Shown here: in pieces, positions 63,315 through 64,000 of the stretch
Numbering within the stretch: the stretch's first letter is position 1
How the letters are laid out: each line of letters opens with the position of its first letter
Assembly (NCBI GenBank): GCA_029552125.1
Contig: JAKPEE010000156.1
Coordinates: 11,088-75,087, forward strand
Direction: 5' to 3'
Source: Bacillota bacterium
GTDB taxonomy: Bacteria > Bacillota > Dethiobacteria > DTU022
Length of the DNA stretch: 64,000 nucleotides
Notes under the pieces: model-generated
Database searches by the model: none
Seen by the model: the letters and a program-made list of their open reading frames with translations, nothing else
Told to the model about the DNA's origin: nothing
Translations under genes and position numbers: made by a program

Positions 63315-64000
63315 TTAAGCCCTGATTTCCTGCCGCATGAAGATAATATAAGCGGCAGCGAAACAGATCAGGGTAGCGGCGATTAAGCCGGCCAGGTGAG
63401 GCCAGATCAACAGCAGGCTCTGCCCGAAAGACAGCGGCGCCCTAATCGCACCATACAACTGATCAAGCATAACCAGGCCCAGGCTCCTCACGGAGGGATT
63501 GAGCAAGGTTATCGTAGCTTCATCATAAAGGGCAATGGGCGATAGCCGGCTCAGCCCCTGGTATAGCCGGGCATTGGCCATGATTTGGTTGATATTGCTC
63601 GAATCGGTAACCGGAATAAGGGCATCAGTAATGGCCCCGACAAGGAAGACGGCAAACAGGGAAAAAAACAGCCACAGGGCCACGCCCGCCAGGGCCGATG
63701 TGGTGGTCTGCCGAAACAGAACGGAGAAAAGAAGGGAAAGGGCCAGCCAGAACGAAATGTAGATCACGCTCAGGGCCAGGTAGGCCAGGATGCGTAGAAG
63801 CTCCCCCAGGGTCGGCGGGACCCCAAAAACAATCAATCCCAACCCCCCCGTGAGAAAGCCCAGCCCGAAAATAACCATGGCTAGAACCACTACCCCGGCA
63901 ATAAATTTGCCGTTGATTAAAGCATCCCGGTAAATCGGCTGCGAGAGGACATGGCTTAAAGTGCCCCGGTCCCGCTCGCCACTGATAGCATCAAAGCCCA
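63315..64000 (-). CDS. ABC-2-type transporter permease (5' end outside window)
   Basis: My reading shows the frame stays open from the track start (GTG 63890) to the window edge. It adds '...GFDAISGERDRGTLSHVLSQPIYRDALINGKFIAGVV', a typical ABC-2/NosY-like N-terminal block. Multiple TM helices follow. Confidence 0.7.
   Translation of the reverse strand, partial: GFDAISGERDRGTLSHVLSQPIYRDALINGKFIAGVVVLAMVIFGLGFLTGGLGLIVFGVPPTLGELLRILAYLALSVIYISFWLALSLLFSVLFRQTTTSALAGVALWLFFSLFAVFLVGAITDALIPVTDSSNINQIMANARLYQGLSRLSPIALYDEATITLLNPSVRSLGLVMLDQLYGAIRAPLSFGQSLLLIWPHLAGLIAATLICFAAAYIIFMRQEIRA

Overview
This is a 64-kb chromosomal window from a moderately GC-rich, endospore-forming Bacillota. It looks Clostridia/Peptococcaceae-like. 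That is inferred from CodY, the dprA-topA-xerC-hslVU-codY block and many YheC/YheD-type genes. No homology search was possible, so every call rests on motifs I recognise in the supplied translations and on reading the DNA.

I support about 55 protein genes and see no rRNA, tRNA, CRISPR array or transposase.

Housekeeping core (about 9.8-33.6 kb):
- rubredoxin (not in the ORF track) and a UvrD-like helicase
- citramalate synthase, three tandem M42 aminopeptidases and lysine 2,3-aminomutase
- dprA, topA, xerC, hslV, hslU and codY
- a convergent J-protein / CbpM-like / clpB operon
- flavin reductase and ferredoxin

Right-hand part (about 44.7-64 kb):
- acyl-CoA ligase, a leaderless penicillin-acylase-family protein and a permease
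- an OmpR-type two-component system with an FtsX-type ABC exporter
- a D-Ala-D-Ala carboxypeptidase
- an NSS transporter with an unlisted 34-aa MetS-like small subunit
- TrxB-like reductase, an EamA transporter and a partial ABC-2 permease

Main lead: two visibly A/T-richer accessory loci bracket the core. Together they carry seven paralogous YheC/YheD-type ATP-grasp genes.
- Locus A (1-8.8 kb) has 2 ATP-grasp genes, two MurF-type Mur ligases and sugar-modification genes. One ligase is frameshifted in an A8 run and the other lacks the N-terminal domain. The sugar genes are an FkbM methyltransferase, a GT8-like transferase and a degenerate UDP-glucose dehydrogenase.
- Locus B (33.7-44.7 kb) has 5 ATP-grasp genes in a divergent 3+2 array. 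They sit with a glucuronokinase-like GHMP kinase, a fatty-acyl-AMP-ligase-like enzyme, a GNAT, an unlisted 43-aa polybasic ORF and a secreted M23 peptidase.
- I read these as a candidate uncharacterised multi-ligase system for an amide-linked (glyco)peptide product, probably sporulation-associated. This is inference only.

Other points: two short hairpin repeat families, several orphan structured non-coding elements, candidate response-regulator boxes, and several start-codon corrections.
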